In this document: one piece after another, positions 37,671 through 48,671 of the stretch | Position numbering within the stretch: position 1 is the stretch's first letter | How the letters are laid out: every line of letters starts with the position of its first letter | IMG/VR virus record: IMGVR_UViG_3300026549_002453 | DNA from: a virus | Taxonomy: Duplodnaviria > Heunggongvirae > Uroviricota > Caudoviricetes | Strand: one strand, 5' to 3' | Length of the DNA stretch: 64,000 bases | Program-made: the position numbers and the translations under genes | Notes under the pieces: generated by a model | Told to the model about the DNA's origin: nothing | Database searches by the model: none | The model's input: only the letters and a program-made list of their open reading frames with translations

Positions 37671-39089
37671 ATGAAAAGAAAACTTATTAGTCTAATGATG
37701 TGTATGGCATTAGTATTCGGCATGGCAGTTCCTACTTTCGCTGATACTTTTAACTATACACCAATCAATGGCCCAGCAGCAGGCGCAGATGATGGTTTTG
37801 AATTTGAGAAGGATTTAGTAATTCCTGCTGATGCTGAAGTGCCAGAAGCAACATTTAGTTATTCTGTAGCGCCAGGAACAGCTGTAGACGCTGGAACAGG
37901 TACAGCTAAAGTGCTTGCTGGCGTGGGTACTCCTACTATTGAGGATGTAGAGTATGCCGCAGGTGAAACAGCAAGTGCTGACATGACTCTCACGACTGAG
38001 GGTGAAAACAAGGTAGCTACAAAGAAGGCTCAAGTAGATTTTTCCGCTTGTGAATTCACAGAGCCTGGTATCTATCGTTACATCGTTACTGAAAGTGGCG
38101 ACAATCAAGGTATTACAAATGACCCAATTCTCACAAGAACACTTGATGTATATGTAGAAAATGATGAAGATGCAACTGGTTCTCCTGCTGTTCTTTATAC
38201 ACAGGAAGATGTAGATGCATGGGTAGCAGCTAATCCTGACGAAGACCCAGCAGATTGCCCATTTGCAGCAGGTGATGTTAAGACTCCTGTGGTTCCTGCT
38301 GGTAGAGGTCTTAAGGTAACTGGTTATGTATTCTATGAAGGAACAAAGACTGATGCTCCTAGTACAACAGCTACTGAAGCAACAGGAAAGAGTGAAGGAT
38401 ACAGAAATACTTATGAAACAGCTAACCTTGAATTTGGTAAAGAAGTAAAAGGTAACTTTGGTTCTCTTGACCAGTATTTCGAATTCACTGTAGTTCTTGG
38501 CAATATGCCTGAAGGCACTGTTCTTAATGTAGACCTTACAGATGCTGACGCAACTCCGCATGCAAGTGATGCTAACGAAGTAACTACTGCGGCTAACCCA
38601 ACTAAGTTAACAGTTGGCGCTGATGGAACTATTACTCAGAAGTTCTATATTCATGATGGTCAATACATTATAATTAAGGGACTTCCTGTAGATGCAACAT
38701 ATGCTATTACAGAAGAAGCACACGATTATACGAGTGCAGAAGGTATTGAAGCTGCTGATAATGATGAGAGCGTAGCACATATAGATGCAGTGTCTGGAAC
38801 AATTGGTTCTAAGGAAGGCGAAATTACAGGATATAAGAACACCCAAACTGAAGAAGAAATCACAGTTGAAGAATATGAAGAACTTTCTGACGAAGGAAAG
38901 CTCGGATATGAACCTGTAAGAGGAACAGATGACCAGAATGTAAAGACAGGTTATACTAATACAAAGGACGTAGTAACTCCTACAGGTATTGCTAACGCTC
39001 TTACAACATTTGGTCCTGCAGTTCTTATTGCTCTTGTAGCAGTTGCAGGTATTGTAGTTTTCTCTAGAAAAAAGAGAACTAATGAGTAA
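37671..39089 (+). CDS. pilin-like surface protein (SpaA/isopeptide-type) with a C-terminal sorting signal
   Basis: Signal peptide; pilin-like PGIYRYIVTE box; codon usage more GC-rich than the neighbours, as for a highly expressed gene; C-terminal VTPTG motif, TM helix and RKKR tail. Confidence 0.55.
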   Translation: MKRKLISLMMCMALVFGMAVPTFADTFNYTPINGPAAGADDGFEFEKDLVIPADAEVPEATFSYSVAPGTAVDAGTGTAKVLAGVGTPTIEDVEYAAGETASADMTLTTEGENKVATKKAQVDFSACEFTEPGIYRYIVTESGDNQGITNDPILTRTLDVYVENDEDATGSPAVLYTQEDVDAWVAANPDEDPADCPFAAGDVKTPVVPAGRGLKVTGYVFYEGTKTDAPSTTATEATGKSEGYRNTYETANLEFGKEVKGNFGSLDQYFEFTVVLGNMPEGTVLNVDLTDADATPHASDANEVTTAANPTKLTVGADGTITQKFYIHDGQYIIIKGLPVDATYAITEEAHDYTSAEGIEAADNDESVAHIDAVSGTIGSKEGEITGYKNTQTEEEITVEEYEELSDEGKLGYEPVRGTDDQNVKTGYTNTKDVVTPTGIANALTTFGPAVLIALVAVAGIVVFSRKKRTNE

Positions 39090-39204
39090 GTGTGAACATT
39101 AGGTACTCTGGCCTAAAGAGTTTAAATAATGCAGTCCGCCGACGGTTAGCCTAATTTCATATATGAGTTTAGCAGTATCTCATTAAAAACTGCCTCCCCT
39201 TTCT

Positions 39205-39275
39205 GGCGGGATGATGCAATGGTAGCAAAAGAGACTCATTCTCTCTTAGTTTTGGTTCAAGTCCAAATCCCGCAA
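39205..39275 (+). tRNA. tRNA-Met/Ile(CAT)-like element, atypical
   Basis: Hand-folded cloverleaf: acceptor stem GGCGGGA/TCCCGCA (one mismatch), D-arm with GG, anticodon stem AGAGA/TCTCT with loop CTCATTC (anticodon CAT but T at position 37), T-arm TTTGG-TTCAAGT-CCAAA; no encoded CCA. Confidence 0.4.
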
Positions 39276-39355
39276 GACTTATGTGTATACAACCTTGACG
39301 TGGTATAAGTCCTTTAAACTAATAGTATACAATTATTTTAAAAAGGAGAAGTATA

Positions 39356-39825
39356 TGAATATTCTACAAATCAAAGATAAATTAGATAATGATAAGAACT
39401 TAAAAGATACTGAAATCTACAATTTATATTTTAACCTTACTGAATTAGATATAGATAGTACAGAAATCATTGAAAACCCTAAATTGATTTTTAAACCTTT
39501 AGAGGAACTGGATGAAAAATACGGGCAATTCGATGAGTTTATTCTTCCTATGGCTCAACTACTAGAAATTAAAAGAAGAGAATTAACAGAGTTTTTAAAT
39601 CAACTAGGTAGTATGTATGCAGAAGATAAATTAGAGGCATTTGCAAGAAAACATCTATTAATTATAAAAGAGGAAGAAGAATATAAGGTATACTATCCTA
39701 CAAACAATAGAGAAGAACTGATTAATAAGTTATTATATAGTAACTATGCTAAAATGAGATTGAGCGAAGAATATTCTATAGTAGAAAAAGAATGGTATAA
39801 ATTATTTGCTTGGACATTGGAGTAA
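39356..39825 (+). CDS. hypothetical protein
   Basis: AAAGGAG RBS before ATG 39356; the ORF-track start 39283 abuts the tRNA-like element. Confidence 0.4.
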
Positions 39826-39827
39826 GT

Positions 39828-40475
39828 ATGATAAATTTAGGAAAAATAAAAAAAGGAACAAGAAATTTAAAATTTGAGTGGGGGCACTCTGATTTTTCTA
39901 ATAAAAATTTTATTCCGAGTACCACTACCCTTATTATATCTAAAAATTATAATAAAAGAAAGAGTATTATAGATAAACTCACTTGTACAGAAGAACCTTG
40001 TGAAATATTAAATCTTAATGGTTTAGATATAGATAATCTAGCAAAAGAATTAAGAGGGTATAAAGATTTAATAAACAAGCGATTAAATAATCAAGAAAAT
40101 GATAAAAAATACATACTGTGTTTAGATGATTATGATTTGTTGTTATATAAGGATTATAGCACTCAAATTAAAGATATAAAAGAAAGTATAAATTATATAA
40201 ATGATTATGGTAAAAGAGTAAATATATTTTTGTTACTGGGCTGTAATGAAATGACTGAAAGATTTATTGATAGTGTAGATAACATTTTATTACTTCCACC
40301 ATATAATATTCAGTATCTAATTTACATATTTAACAATTCGACATATAATATAATTAATAATATAGACCCCATTGGTCAATTTCAAACAGCTAATGGGATA
40401 AAGATAGACCAGGCCGAAAATGAACCAGCTATAATAAAGAATGGAAATAATATATACTTGTGGTTTGAAAAATAG
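39828..40475 (+). CDS. hypothetical protein
   Basis: ATGA overlap with the upstream gene. Confidence 0.4.
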   Translation: MINLGKIKKGTRNLKFEWGHSDFSNKNFIPSTTTLIISKNYNKRKSIIDKLTCTEEPCEILNLNGLDIDNLAKELRGYKDLINKRLNNQENDKKYILCLDDYDLLLYKDYSTQIKDIKESINYINDYGKRVNIFLLLGCNEMTERFIDSVDNILLLPPYNIQYLIYIFNNSTYNIINNIDPIGQFQTANGIKIDQAENEPAIIKNGNNIYLWFEK

Positions 40476-40487
40476 GGAGCAAAATTT

Positions 40488-41384
40488 ATGAAAAAGTTAA
40501 TGCCAATACTTATATCTTTAATCTTAGTATTACAAGCTGCGCCTGTTTTTGCAGAGGAACTTAACTTTAAAGAGGTTAATCCTAATGAAACAAGTGTTAC
40601 TATTAATATTGATGTATCACTTCCTTCTACTGTAGAAATAACAGGAGATGGGTATTTACCTGAGCAATCAAAAGTGGACATTGAAACTTCACATAGTTTT
40701 ATATTAACCTACACAGATGTTGGTGAATATACCTATCAGATTAAACAAATTCCAAAAGAAGATGGAATAGAATACGATAGTACAATCTATGATATTCATG
40801 TTAGTGTCGTTAGGGAGAATGGTTGTTTAATAGCAAGAATGTCAGTAAATATTAGCGGAGAAAAAGAAAAAGAAACTAATATATCATTTAATAACACTAA
40901 GCCAAGAGAAAATGAACTAATCATTAAGAAGGTAAATGAAGAGGGACAGCCTCTTGAAAATGCCAAGTTAGTTATTTTTAATGGCAGCAAGATAATTGAT
41001 AGTTGGACAACAGATGGAACTGACCATAAAATTAGCTTACTTAACGGTACTTACACTATACACGAAGAATTTGCTCCCGAAGGATATATAAAAATTAAAG
41101 ATTTTGAATTAAAGGTTACTGAAAGCAGTTTTTCTATTGAAGAAATAGAAAATGTAAAGTTAGAAGGAAATATTCTTACCATTACTGACTCTATAGAAGA
41201 AAAGCCTGAAGAACCACAGACTCCTCCTAAACCAGAGGAACCAAAAACACCAGAGCAGCCTAATAAACCACATACTCCTATAAAAACAGGAGATAATACT
41301 AATATAATTGTGCCTATAGTTGTATTCGGTACAACAGGAATTGCTCTTTTAATTATGTTGTTGCTAAAAAGAAAGGATAAATAA
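40488..41384 (+). CDS. sortase-anchored surface protein with CnaB-type domain(s)
   Basis: Signal peptide; CnaB-like signature (LENAKLVIFNGSKII...TTDGTDHKISLLNGTYTIHEEFAPEGY); C-terminal PIKTGD motif, TM helix and KRKDK tail. Confidence 0.7.
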   Translation: MKKLMPILISLILVLQAAPVFAEELNFKEVNPNETSVTINIDVSLPSTVEITGDGYLPEQSKVDIETSHSFILTYTDVGEYTYQIKQIPKEDGIEYDSTIYDIHVSVVRENGCLIARMSVNISGEKEKETNISFNNTKPRENELIIKKVNEEGQPLENAKLVIFNGSKIIDSWTTDGTDHKISLLNGTYTIHEEFAPEGYIKIKDFELKVTESSFSIEEIENVKLEGNILTITDSIEEKPEEPQTPPKPEEPKTPEQPNKPHTPIKTGDNTNIIVPIVVFGTTGIALLIMLLLKRKDK

Positions 41385-41387
41385 CAC

Positions 41388-44300
41388 ATGAAGAAACTAC
41401 TAAGTTTACTATTATGTTTAACAATAGTATTTTCTTCTATGCCAATAGGCGTAATTGCAGAGGATACTCAAAGCGAGGAATCCTCTGCTTTTTCTCTTTC
41501 TGAACATCAAGAGGAATCTATGGAAGAAGAGACTGAAGAATCTGTAGAAGAAAACCAGGAAGAGAGTATCGAGGAAGAAGAACCTCAAGAGGAGGTAATT
41601 GAAGACACTATTCAGGAAGAGGCAGAAGAAAAACTTCCAGAAGAAAATATTCAAGTTAATCAAAATAGCGAAAATGATAAAATTGAAGAGGAAAATGAAC
41701 AAATTGAACTTGTTCAATTAGTAGAAAGTCAAGTAATAGACAATATCAAGATTACTGTAAATGGAGCTTTTGCTGAAGAAGGAACTCTTTCTATTCAAAA
41801 AGTAGAAAGTCAAGAACTTTCTGAAAATAATATAGCAGAAAGCCATAGTTTTGATATTAAAGTACTAAATAGCGACAATCAAGAAATTCAGCCTATAGAT
41901 AAAATTCATGTAAGTTTTGAATTCGAGTCTATTAGTGAGAATGTTGACATAGAAGTATATCACGAAGAAGAACAGTTAGAAGCAGAAACAAAAGAAAATG
42001 TTGTTACTGTGGAAAGTGATGGTTTTTCTATTTATACAGTGGAATTTACTTACAACGATAAAGAATATGTATTGGAAGGCGATACTTATGTAAAACTTTC
42101 TGATATTCTTGATTTTGTAGGTCTTGCAGGAGAAGTAGAATCTTGGGAAATTTCTAATAATGAGTTATTTACAGTCTTAAAAGGAGATGAATATGGAATT
42201 TCTTATGATATAGAGTATATTGATGAAATAGAATATGCTACTCCTATAGATAATCCTGATGGAAATATTCTTTATATGGCCGCTCTTCAAATGTTTGATA
42301 CGGAAGAATGGCTTGATATAACTATAGACGGAATTACATATCATATTATCGTAACAGATGATGCTTATGTTAATGGTCAGTCGCAAAATAAAATAACAGA
42401 TAACAGAGTAGTGCAAGGCGGTAATGAAACTAACTTTACTGCTACTATGCCTTTAGCAACTATCTTTATTGACGAAGATATAGTTAATATGGATGCGTAT
42501 AAGTTACTTCCGCCAACTATAAAAACACAAGAACAGTACGATGTGTATGTTGCAGAACACGGAGAAAATCCTTCATGGAATGTCGGGGATATCGATTATG
42601 ACAACCCCGAAAATACAGGAAAAATGGTGGCAAGACTTGTTTACGATACAACACAAACAGGTGCAAGAACTGGTATGAAAGTTAATACTTCGCCTGATGC
42701 TGGAGATGCATATGGTCAACTTTACTTTGATTTTGCAGATGGTGATTGGGATAAAGGAACTACTGCAAATAACCATGTAATAAATACTTGGAATGGTCCT
42801 GTTGTTGAATATAGGTTCATAAATGCTGCTGAAAGATTTAATACAGAAACTCAACAGTATGAAAGAATGGATGTCATTATTACATATTCTAATGTTAATA
42901 TTAGTATGCAATATAATTTTAACATGGATAATTATAGTAAGTTAACAAAATATGATATCTTAGATGCAAATAAGATTCAACCAAAATTATTTGCAAGCTC
43001 TGATTTAGGCGGAAACGCTAATGATAGAACAGGTCTTAAATTAGATGTCAATATTCAAGTAGTAGATAAGAATGATAATCGTATTCCTGGTTCATACTAT
43101 TTTCCATTGGTTGACGCGGATATTGGTAGAAGTGGAGCTTTTGGAAATCTTTATAAAGGAACAAATACTGAAAATAACTATTATTCAGAACAGTTCGTTC
43201 TTTTAGATAATTATGGTCAACCTACATCTGCTGGTGAATGGGAACAAAAAATTTGGATTCCTGGTGGAGACTATGATAAAACTAAAGCGGCTTCACAAAC
43301 AAGTAATATGCCGTACTTATCTAATATAGATAGTATTAATGGTAACTTGAGAATTAAACCTGGTGCAAGTTATAGTAGTATACCAGCTAATGGATATGAA
43401 CATCCAGTGACAGGAAACACTGGTAGAGACGAAGATTTTTACACAGGTTTTGCTACACTTGCTAATAACACTGACGGCGGAGTTAAGTTCCGTTATTGGG
43501 GAAATTCTGCATATAGAGCTACCCCAAGCGGTTCCGGTACGGTAACATCTTATGTCCTTGCAGGAACACAAAGAATTAACCATAAATTAGATGCTTCTTC
43601 TGATGAAGGAGGCACAATTTATACTACAACCACAGGTAACTCCGACGGTTCACTTTCGGGTGGCGAGCTTATGGGTAATAATTTAGTTAATTCTCCTCAC
43701 CAAATTTCTACTGCTACGGGTCAGCATACTACATACACAATGACACCAAAAGGTGGTTATAGAATTAAGAGTGTATATGTAAAGAGCGGAGATATTGATG
43801 TTCTCGAACAAGTAGAAGGTGGTAACGGAGCAACTTATAATGTTCCTATCAGCGATTTAACAAGCAAGGGTCATGGTATTTATACCTACACATTTACTGA
43901 TATTCAAGAAGATAGCTCCATCCATGTGGAGTGGGAAAAGACAGAGTTAAGTGTAACTAAAAATATAACTCCAGCAGACCCAAATGAAACCCACAAATTT
44001 AATTTCCAAATTAGACTATGGGATACAAGTACAGAAGACTCTATTTGGAGAGTGAGGGCAAGAAAATATAATGGTACTCTCATTAGGGATTATGGAATAG
44101 AAGACGGAACTCCTTATTATATGACTTATAGTGAGTCCCATAATGAGGAAGGTGAAATCGAGAGGTATACTGAGGTACCAGCTAGTGAAATCACAGATGA
44201 GACTAATCCTTCTGAGAATGGTTGGTATGAATCTGTGAGATATTTAGCACAAGCTGCAACACAAAATTTATATATGACAAGATATTTCTTAACAGAGGAT

Positions 44301-47300
44301 ACTGAACCTTATGTAGAAATAGATGATATTACAGGACTTGTTAATTCAAGAAAAACATACTATACAAGAGAAGTCGTAGAGGGAAATATTGAAAGATATT
44401 ATCAACATATTCTTGGTTACAATGAAGAAACCAATACGTGGACAAGTTATGATGTTCGTTCTGATGTAGATAATAGTGTTGTAGCCGATTTAGGTTTGAC
44501 CAATATAGACGAAACTCTTTCTGATAATTATCGCTTTGTCGAAGAGGAAGGGAAAGTATATTTAAAATCATCCTTTGATACAGAATCCCAGACTTACACA
44601 AAATATTTGATGTGGGTGTCTGATGACCAAATTACTAGAGATGTTTTAGTCGTCGGAAATGAAGAACTTTATCCAGAAGGAACCCCGTTTGAAGCAATGG
44701 GAGTATATAATGATTATATATATCTTTGGAAAGATGATGAAAGAGAGTGGTTGCCGTATAATAAGATTATAAGGTCTGAACATTATATGTATATATATCT
44801 GCAACTATGTTTTCCAAGCGCTTCTCATAATAAGTATAAATACGAAAGAGACACTAATAATCCAGTTCATTATGATTTTGTAAGTAACCCAGATGGATTT
44901 GCATTACAAGACGGATATACAAAGCTTACTGGTGAAACAGGTATGTATATTATCAATCTTCCTGCAGGTCAGTCTCCTGATTTAAGTGCTTTTGAAGGAA
45001 CAGATTGGGATTTACTTGTAAGTAGAGTAGGTGCAATTCAAGATGACTTTGATATGGATGCTGAATTTATAGCGAAAGGAGCTACTCCTGCTGCTGGTGC
45101 TAATACTTATACATTTAGTCTTGCTCCTGGTGAAACCATTGACTTTGAAGGTTGCGTCCCTATGGGTTGGAACTACGAAATTATAGAGACGGGTCTCGAA
45201 GGAACAATATGGCAAGAAGTAAGTCACACGACTAATGCTAATATATCAGATTTTGATGGGGAAGAAGCAGTAGAATTTGTCAATCAAAAAAGACTTTATG
45301 ATTTAGATATTACAAAAGAAACTGTAAATGATGCTCCAGGAACATTTGAGTTCAAGGTTAAAGTCTGGCATGAAAGTGCTGAAGAGTTTAAACCTACAAC
45401 TCTAGATGAATCGGGTGCAGGTGGAAACTGGTATGAGAACGACCTCCCTGTTAACCTTATAGAGGATGTTTTTTCTTGGGGGTCTTCTGAAACCATATCA
45501 GGTGAATTTAATAAACCTGTAAATTTAACTGTGCGTCCACATCCTTACGGTATAGAAAAGTTTATACCTGAGCCATGTGCAGTAAAATTATTTAAGGTGG
45601 CAGAAATTAATGATAATGGCACTATAGCTACAATTTCTCCATTTAATCCACCAAACGGGGATAGCACATTTGCAAATATCATTTCTGCTCTTGAGCCTAC
45701 TCAAATAAAGTATATGAGCAGTACTAATGACGCGGTATTTTTAGATGTAGAACCTGGTTTTTATCTTGTTGAATTTAATGAAAATTGGGTTTCTTCAGCT
45801 TGGATTTTACCTCAACAGGATTGGGATTCAGGTGAAATTGTAACGGACTCAATTCTTGATTGTGGAGCGGTGTACCAAATTATACAGCCAATCATAACTG
45901 AAATACCAATGGATTTATCTGAACAATTTGGTGAACCGGATAGTGATGGATATTATCATTTTACTCTATCAGAAGGAAGTGGTATAAAGATAGAAGATAT
46001 TCTTTATGGATACCATTATGAGGTTATAGAAGTACCTCAAGAAGGATGGACTCTTGAAAGTTCTGAAAACACTACAGGTATGATGAGTAAAGACACTACT
46101 GCTAAGTTTACTAACAAGAAAGATATTTCTTTAACGGTTAAAAAAGAAACTGATGCAGATACTGATGAAGAATTTGAGTTTGAAATAGTATTTCCAAGTA
46201 ATAATAGTACATATATATATGCATGGTCATATATAGAACCGATGCAATATGCACTATTACAGGAGGATGCACTGTCTTACTCATATCAGTCTGCTATTAT
46301 GGGTATAAATTTATATATTTGGAATAAATCAGGGTGGCCACCAGATAATTGGGCATATGAAAAGGTCAAAATTCCAGGGATTACTGCAACAGCATACCAA
46401 TATGGTACTGGCGACGAAATAGAAATTATAGATGCAGATTCTTTTTGGCTAAATGATTGGACACAAATAGAACTTTATGATGACAGTAATAATTTACTTA
46501 GAACTCATAATAGAGATGATTTACAGTTTAACTCACTTGATAGTGGAGAACAATTTATCTGTACGGAGTCTAATGGTGCATCTATAAATAGTGTTAATTT
46601 TATTAAAAATAATGAATCAGGTACACTTGATTTAACTGAACAAGATGATGTATATGTAGGAACATTTAAACTTAAAAAAGATGAAGAAATTAAGTTTACA
46701 GATATCCCATATAGCATTGAGTATGAAATATATGAAATAGACCAATTCGGAAATAGGGTTGCTATAGGAGACATTTTTAATACAAAATGGGAACTTAAAT
46801 CCAAAACTAATGATTCGGGTACTTTAACAGAAAACACAACTTCAGTATTTACCAATAAAATGAAAAAAGGTTCTATCAATGTAAAGAAAGAAACCAAAGG
46901 TGATGAAGCTGGTGAATTTAAGTTTAAAGTAAAAGTTTGGAAAGATGTGGTTGGATACGATTATAATAATTTAACACTTGTAACAGAAATGTATGAAGAA
47001 CCAAGTGATGATTTTTATAATTGGGGCGTTGGTTCGTATCGTGAATGTATTGATGAAGAGGCTGGTGAACTCATAAATCATGATATTTATTGGAACGGAA
47101 CTTGTGTCTCAGGGCTCGAATTGGCAACCTGCTCTTCTTCAGGAGCATGGGATTATATGGGGTATGAATATAATACTCACCCATTTACACAAGAATATTT
47201 ACACGGAGATTTTGAATTAATCCCGTTTTTAAAAACTTTTGTGTATTATATTGACGAAAACAACATTGAGCACAATACAGAAACGTACAACCACAAAGAT

Positions 47301-48476
47301 ACTGGCGAAAAAATTACAATCGACGGGATAGAATACCCATTAATCGTTAGTGGGTATGGACATGGAGCGGAGCACAATTATCAGTTGTTTATTCCGAAAT
47401 TAATAACAGAAAATATATCTTTGGATTTATCTGAACAGCTTGGAGAAATTGGTGACGATAGATATTATGAGTTCACTCTTAAAAATGGAGAAAACCTAAA
47501 AATAGAAGATATACCATTTGGACATAAATACGAAGTATACGAAGAAACTCCTGATGGTTGGGAGCTTGTATCTATTGACGAATTGACTCCAAGAGATAAA
47601 GCTGAGGGAACTATCGAGTCAGAAACTCCTTATGAACACACCTTCCTTAATGCCAAAAAGAAGACCCTCACATTTGGTAAAGAAGTAACTGGTAATATGG
47701 GAGATAAGACAAAAGAGTTTGAGTTTGAGGTGAAGGTTCATGGTTGGAAACTTCTCTTTGCAGATGAGGTAGGGCAGTATCTCGCAGCAAATAGTTATTT
47801 TGGTGGCACAGCGGGAATCTTATTTAAATATCCAGAACTTAATCAGCCGCCATTTGAAGCATATTTTGATAAGTTTGAGAGTGGAAACCTTAGAGATTTG
47901 AAGGAATATGTTGGAACACACACTTATTGTCGTTTTGATACTGGACTTGAGTATGATTCGCCAGGAGGCTATGAAGGTAATAGTTTGAATAATGGGGATG
48001 CTTATTGGCAAGAAATATCTGGACGCGGAGTAGGGAATATAGGAGAGTCACATTACTCTATAGATTATCCTCAACCTATTGAAGGGATTGAAAATACTAA
48101 ACAGGGTGAGGTATATTCCCCAGATTGGATAGATTTAGAAGAATATGGTGGTAAATATATAGGTAATGGCGTTTTCAAGTTTAATCTCAAACATGGTGAA
48201 ACAGTTACTATTCCAGACCTCCCTTATGGATACTCCTATGAAATCATAGAAAAGGATTACTCAGAAGAAGGATATGAACAAAAAGTAGATGGTGCAGCTG
48301 GAAGAAGGGTAAGTGGCACCTTAACAGAAGATAAAGAGCACAAATTTGAAAATAGACTTCAAGTATCGGTTCCGACAAAAATATCATTATATAATAATTA
48401 TATGTATATAATTATACTATTAATTAGTATAATGGGTTTATCAACTATAATTATTAGAAGAAAATTGAAAAAGTAA
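41388..48476 (+). CDS. giant (2362 aa) surface adhesin with multiple CnaB/SpaA-like repeat domains and a C-terminal membrane anchor
   Basis: Signal peptide; E-rich acidic N-region; recurring modules (e.g. TFGKEVTG...EFEFEVKV and YxYEIIE..EGW); C-terminal hydrophobic helix and RRKLKK tail. Confidence 0.8.
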   Translation: MKKLLSLLLCLTIVFSSMPIGVIAEDTQSEESSAFSLSEHQEESMEEETEESVEENQEESIEEEEPQEEVIEDTIQEEAEEKLPEENIQVNQNSENDKIEEENEQIELVQLVESQVIDNIKITVNGAFAEEGTLSIQKVESQELSENNIAESHSFDIKVLNSDNQEIQPIDKIHVSFEFESISENVDIEVYHEEEQLEAETKENVVTVESDGFSIYTVEFTYNDKEYVLEGDTYVKLSDILDFVGLAGEVESWEISNNELFTVLKGDEYGISYDIEYIDEIEYATPIDNPDGNILYMAALQMFDTEEWLDITIDGITYHIIVTDDAYVNGQSQNKITDNRVVQGGNETNFTATMPLATIFIDEDIVNMDAYKLLPPTIKTQEQYDVYVAEHGENPSWNVGDIDYDNPENTGKMVARLVYDTTQTGARTGMKVNTSPDAGDAYGQLYFDFADGDWDKGTTANNHVINTWNGPVVEYRFINAAERFNTETQQYERMDVIITYSNVNISMQYNFNMDNYSKLTKYDILDANKIQPKLFASSDLGGNANDRTGLKLDVNIQVVDKNDNRIPGSYYFPLVDADIGRSGAFGNLYKGTNTENNYYSEQFVLLDNYGQPTSAGEWEQKIWIPGGDYDKTKAASQTSNMPYLSNIDSINGNLRIKPGASYSSIPANGYEHPVTGNTGRDEDFYTGFATLANNTDGGVKFRYWGNSAYRATPSGSGTVTSYVLAGTQRINHKLDASSDEGGTIYTTTTGNSDGSLSGGELMGNNLVNSPHQISTATGQHTTYTMTPKGGYRIKSVYVKSGDIDVLEQVEGGNGATYNVPISDLTSKGHGIYTYTFTDIQEDSSIHVEWEKTELSVTKNITPADPNETHKFNFQIRLWDTSTEDSIWRVRARKYNGTLIRDYGIEDGTPYYMTYSESHNEEGEIERYTEVPASEITDETNPSENGWYESVRYLAQAATQNLYMTRYFLTEDTEPYVEIDDITGLVNSRKTYYTREVVEGNIERYYQHILGYNEETNTWTSYDVRSDVDNSVVADLGLTNIDETLSDNYRFVEEEGKVYLKSSFDTESQTYTKYLMWVSDDQITRDVLVVGNEELYPEGTPFEAMGVYNDYIYLWKDDEREWLPYNKIIRSEHYMYIYLQLCFPSASHNKYKYERDTNNPVHYDFVSNPDGFALQDGYTKLTGETGMYIINLPAGQSPDLSAFEGTDWDLLVSRVGAIQDDFDMDAEFIAKGATPAAGANTYTFSLAPGETIDFEGCVPMGWNYEIIETGLEGTIWQEVSHTTNANISDFDGEEAVEFVNQKRLYDLDITKETVNDAPGTFEFKVKVWHESAEEFKPTTLDESGAGGNWYENDLPVNLIEDVFSWGSSETISGEFNKPVNLTVRPHPYGIEKFIPEPCAVKLFKVAEINDNGTIATISPFNPPNGDSTFANIISALEPTQIKYMSSTNDAVFLDVEPGFYLVEFNENWVSSAWILPQQDWDSGEIVTDSILDCGAVYQIIQPIITEIPMDLSEQFGEPDSDGYYHFTLSEGSGIKIEDILYGYHYEVIEVPQEGWTLESSENTTGMMSKDTTAKFTNKKDISLTVKKETDADTDEEFEFEIVFPSNNSTYIYAWSYIEPMQYALLQEDALSYSYQSAIMGINLYIWNKSGWPPDNWAYEKVKIPGITATAYQYGTGDEIEIIDADSFWLNDWTQIELYDDSNNLLRTHNRDDLQFNSLDSGEQFICTESNGASINSVNFIKNNESGTLDLTEQDDVYVGTFKLKKDEEIKFTDIPYSIEYEIYEIDQFGNRVAIGDIFNTKWELKSKTNDSGTLTENTTSVFTNKMKKGSINVKKETKGDEAGEFKFKVKVWKDVVGYDYNNLTLVTEMYEEPSDDFYNWGVGSYRECIDEEAGELINHDIYWNGTCVSGLELATCSSSGAWDYMGYEYNTHPFTQEYLHGDFELIPFLKTFVYYIDENNIEHNTETYNHKDTGEKITIDGIEYPLIVSGYGHGAEHNYQLFIPKLITENISLDLSEQLGEIGDDRYYEFTLKNGENLKIEDIPFGHKYEVYEETPDGWELVSIDELTPRDKAEGTIESETPYEHTFLNAKKKTLTFGKEVTGNMGDKTKEFEFEVKVHGWKLLFADEVGQYLAANSYFGGTAGILFKYPELNQPPFEAYFDKFESGNLRDLKEYVGTHTYCRFDTGLEYDSPGGYEGNSLNNGDAYWQEISGRGVGNIGESHYSIDYPQPIEGIENTKQGEVYSPDWIDLEEYGGKYIGNGVFKFNLKHGETVTIPDLPYGYSYEIIEKDYSEEGYEQKVDGAAGRRVSGTLTEDKEHKFENRLQVSVPTKISLYNNYMYIIILLISIMGLSTIIIRRKLKK

Positions 48477-48527
48477 CATTGCTCTAAGTTATTATGGGAG
48501 TAGTATACTGTATCATAGTAAGAAAGA

Positions 48528-48567
48528 GATTAGGACAAAGATAATTCCTTTGGCCTAATTCTTTATT
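48528..48567 (+). terminator. Rho-independent terminator candidate after the giant adhesin gene
   Basis: Interrupted hairpin ATTAGG-ACAAAG...CTTTGG-CCTAAT followed by a T-rich run. Confidence 0.5.
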
Positions 48568-48671
48568 TACAAGAGATAACTTTTGTGATATAATAAAATA
48601 ATAAGAAGATGTATTATGTAAGTGTAAGATAGAAAGGCCCAGTAAATAAACATACTTTTTGGAGGGATAAT

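Noticed and set aside
37815-38561. 248-aa minus-strand ORF
   Set aside because: It lies antisense inside the pilin-like gene and is Cys/Ser-rich low-complexity with no independent signals. The plus-strand gene has a signal peptide, pilin box and sorting signal.
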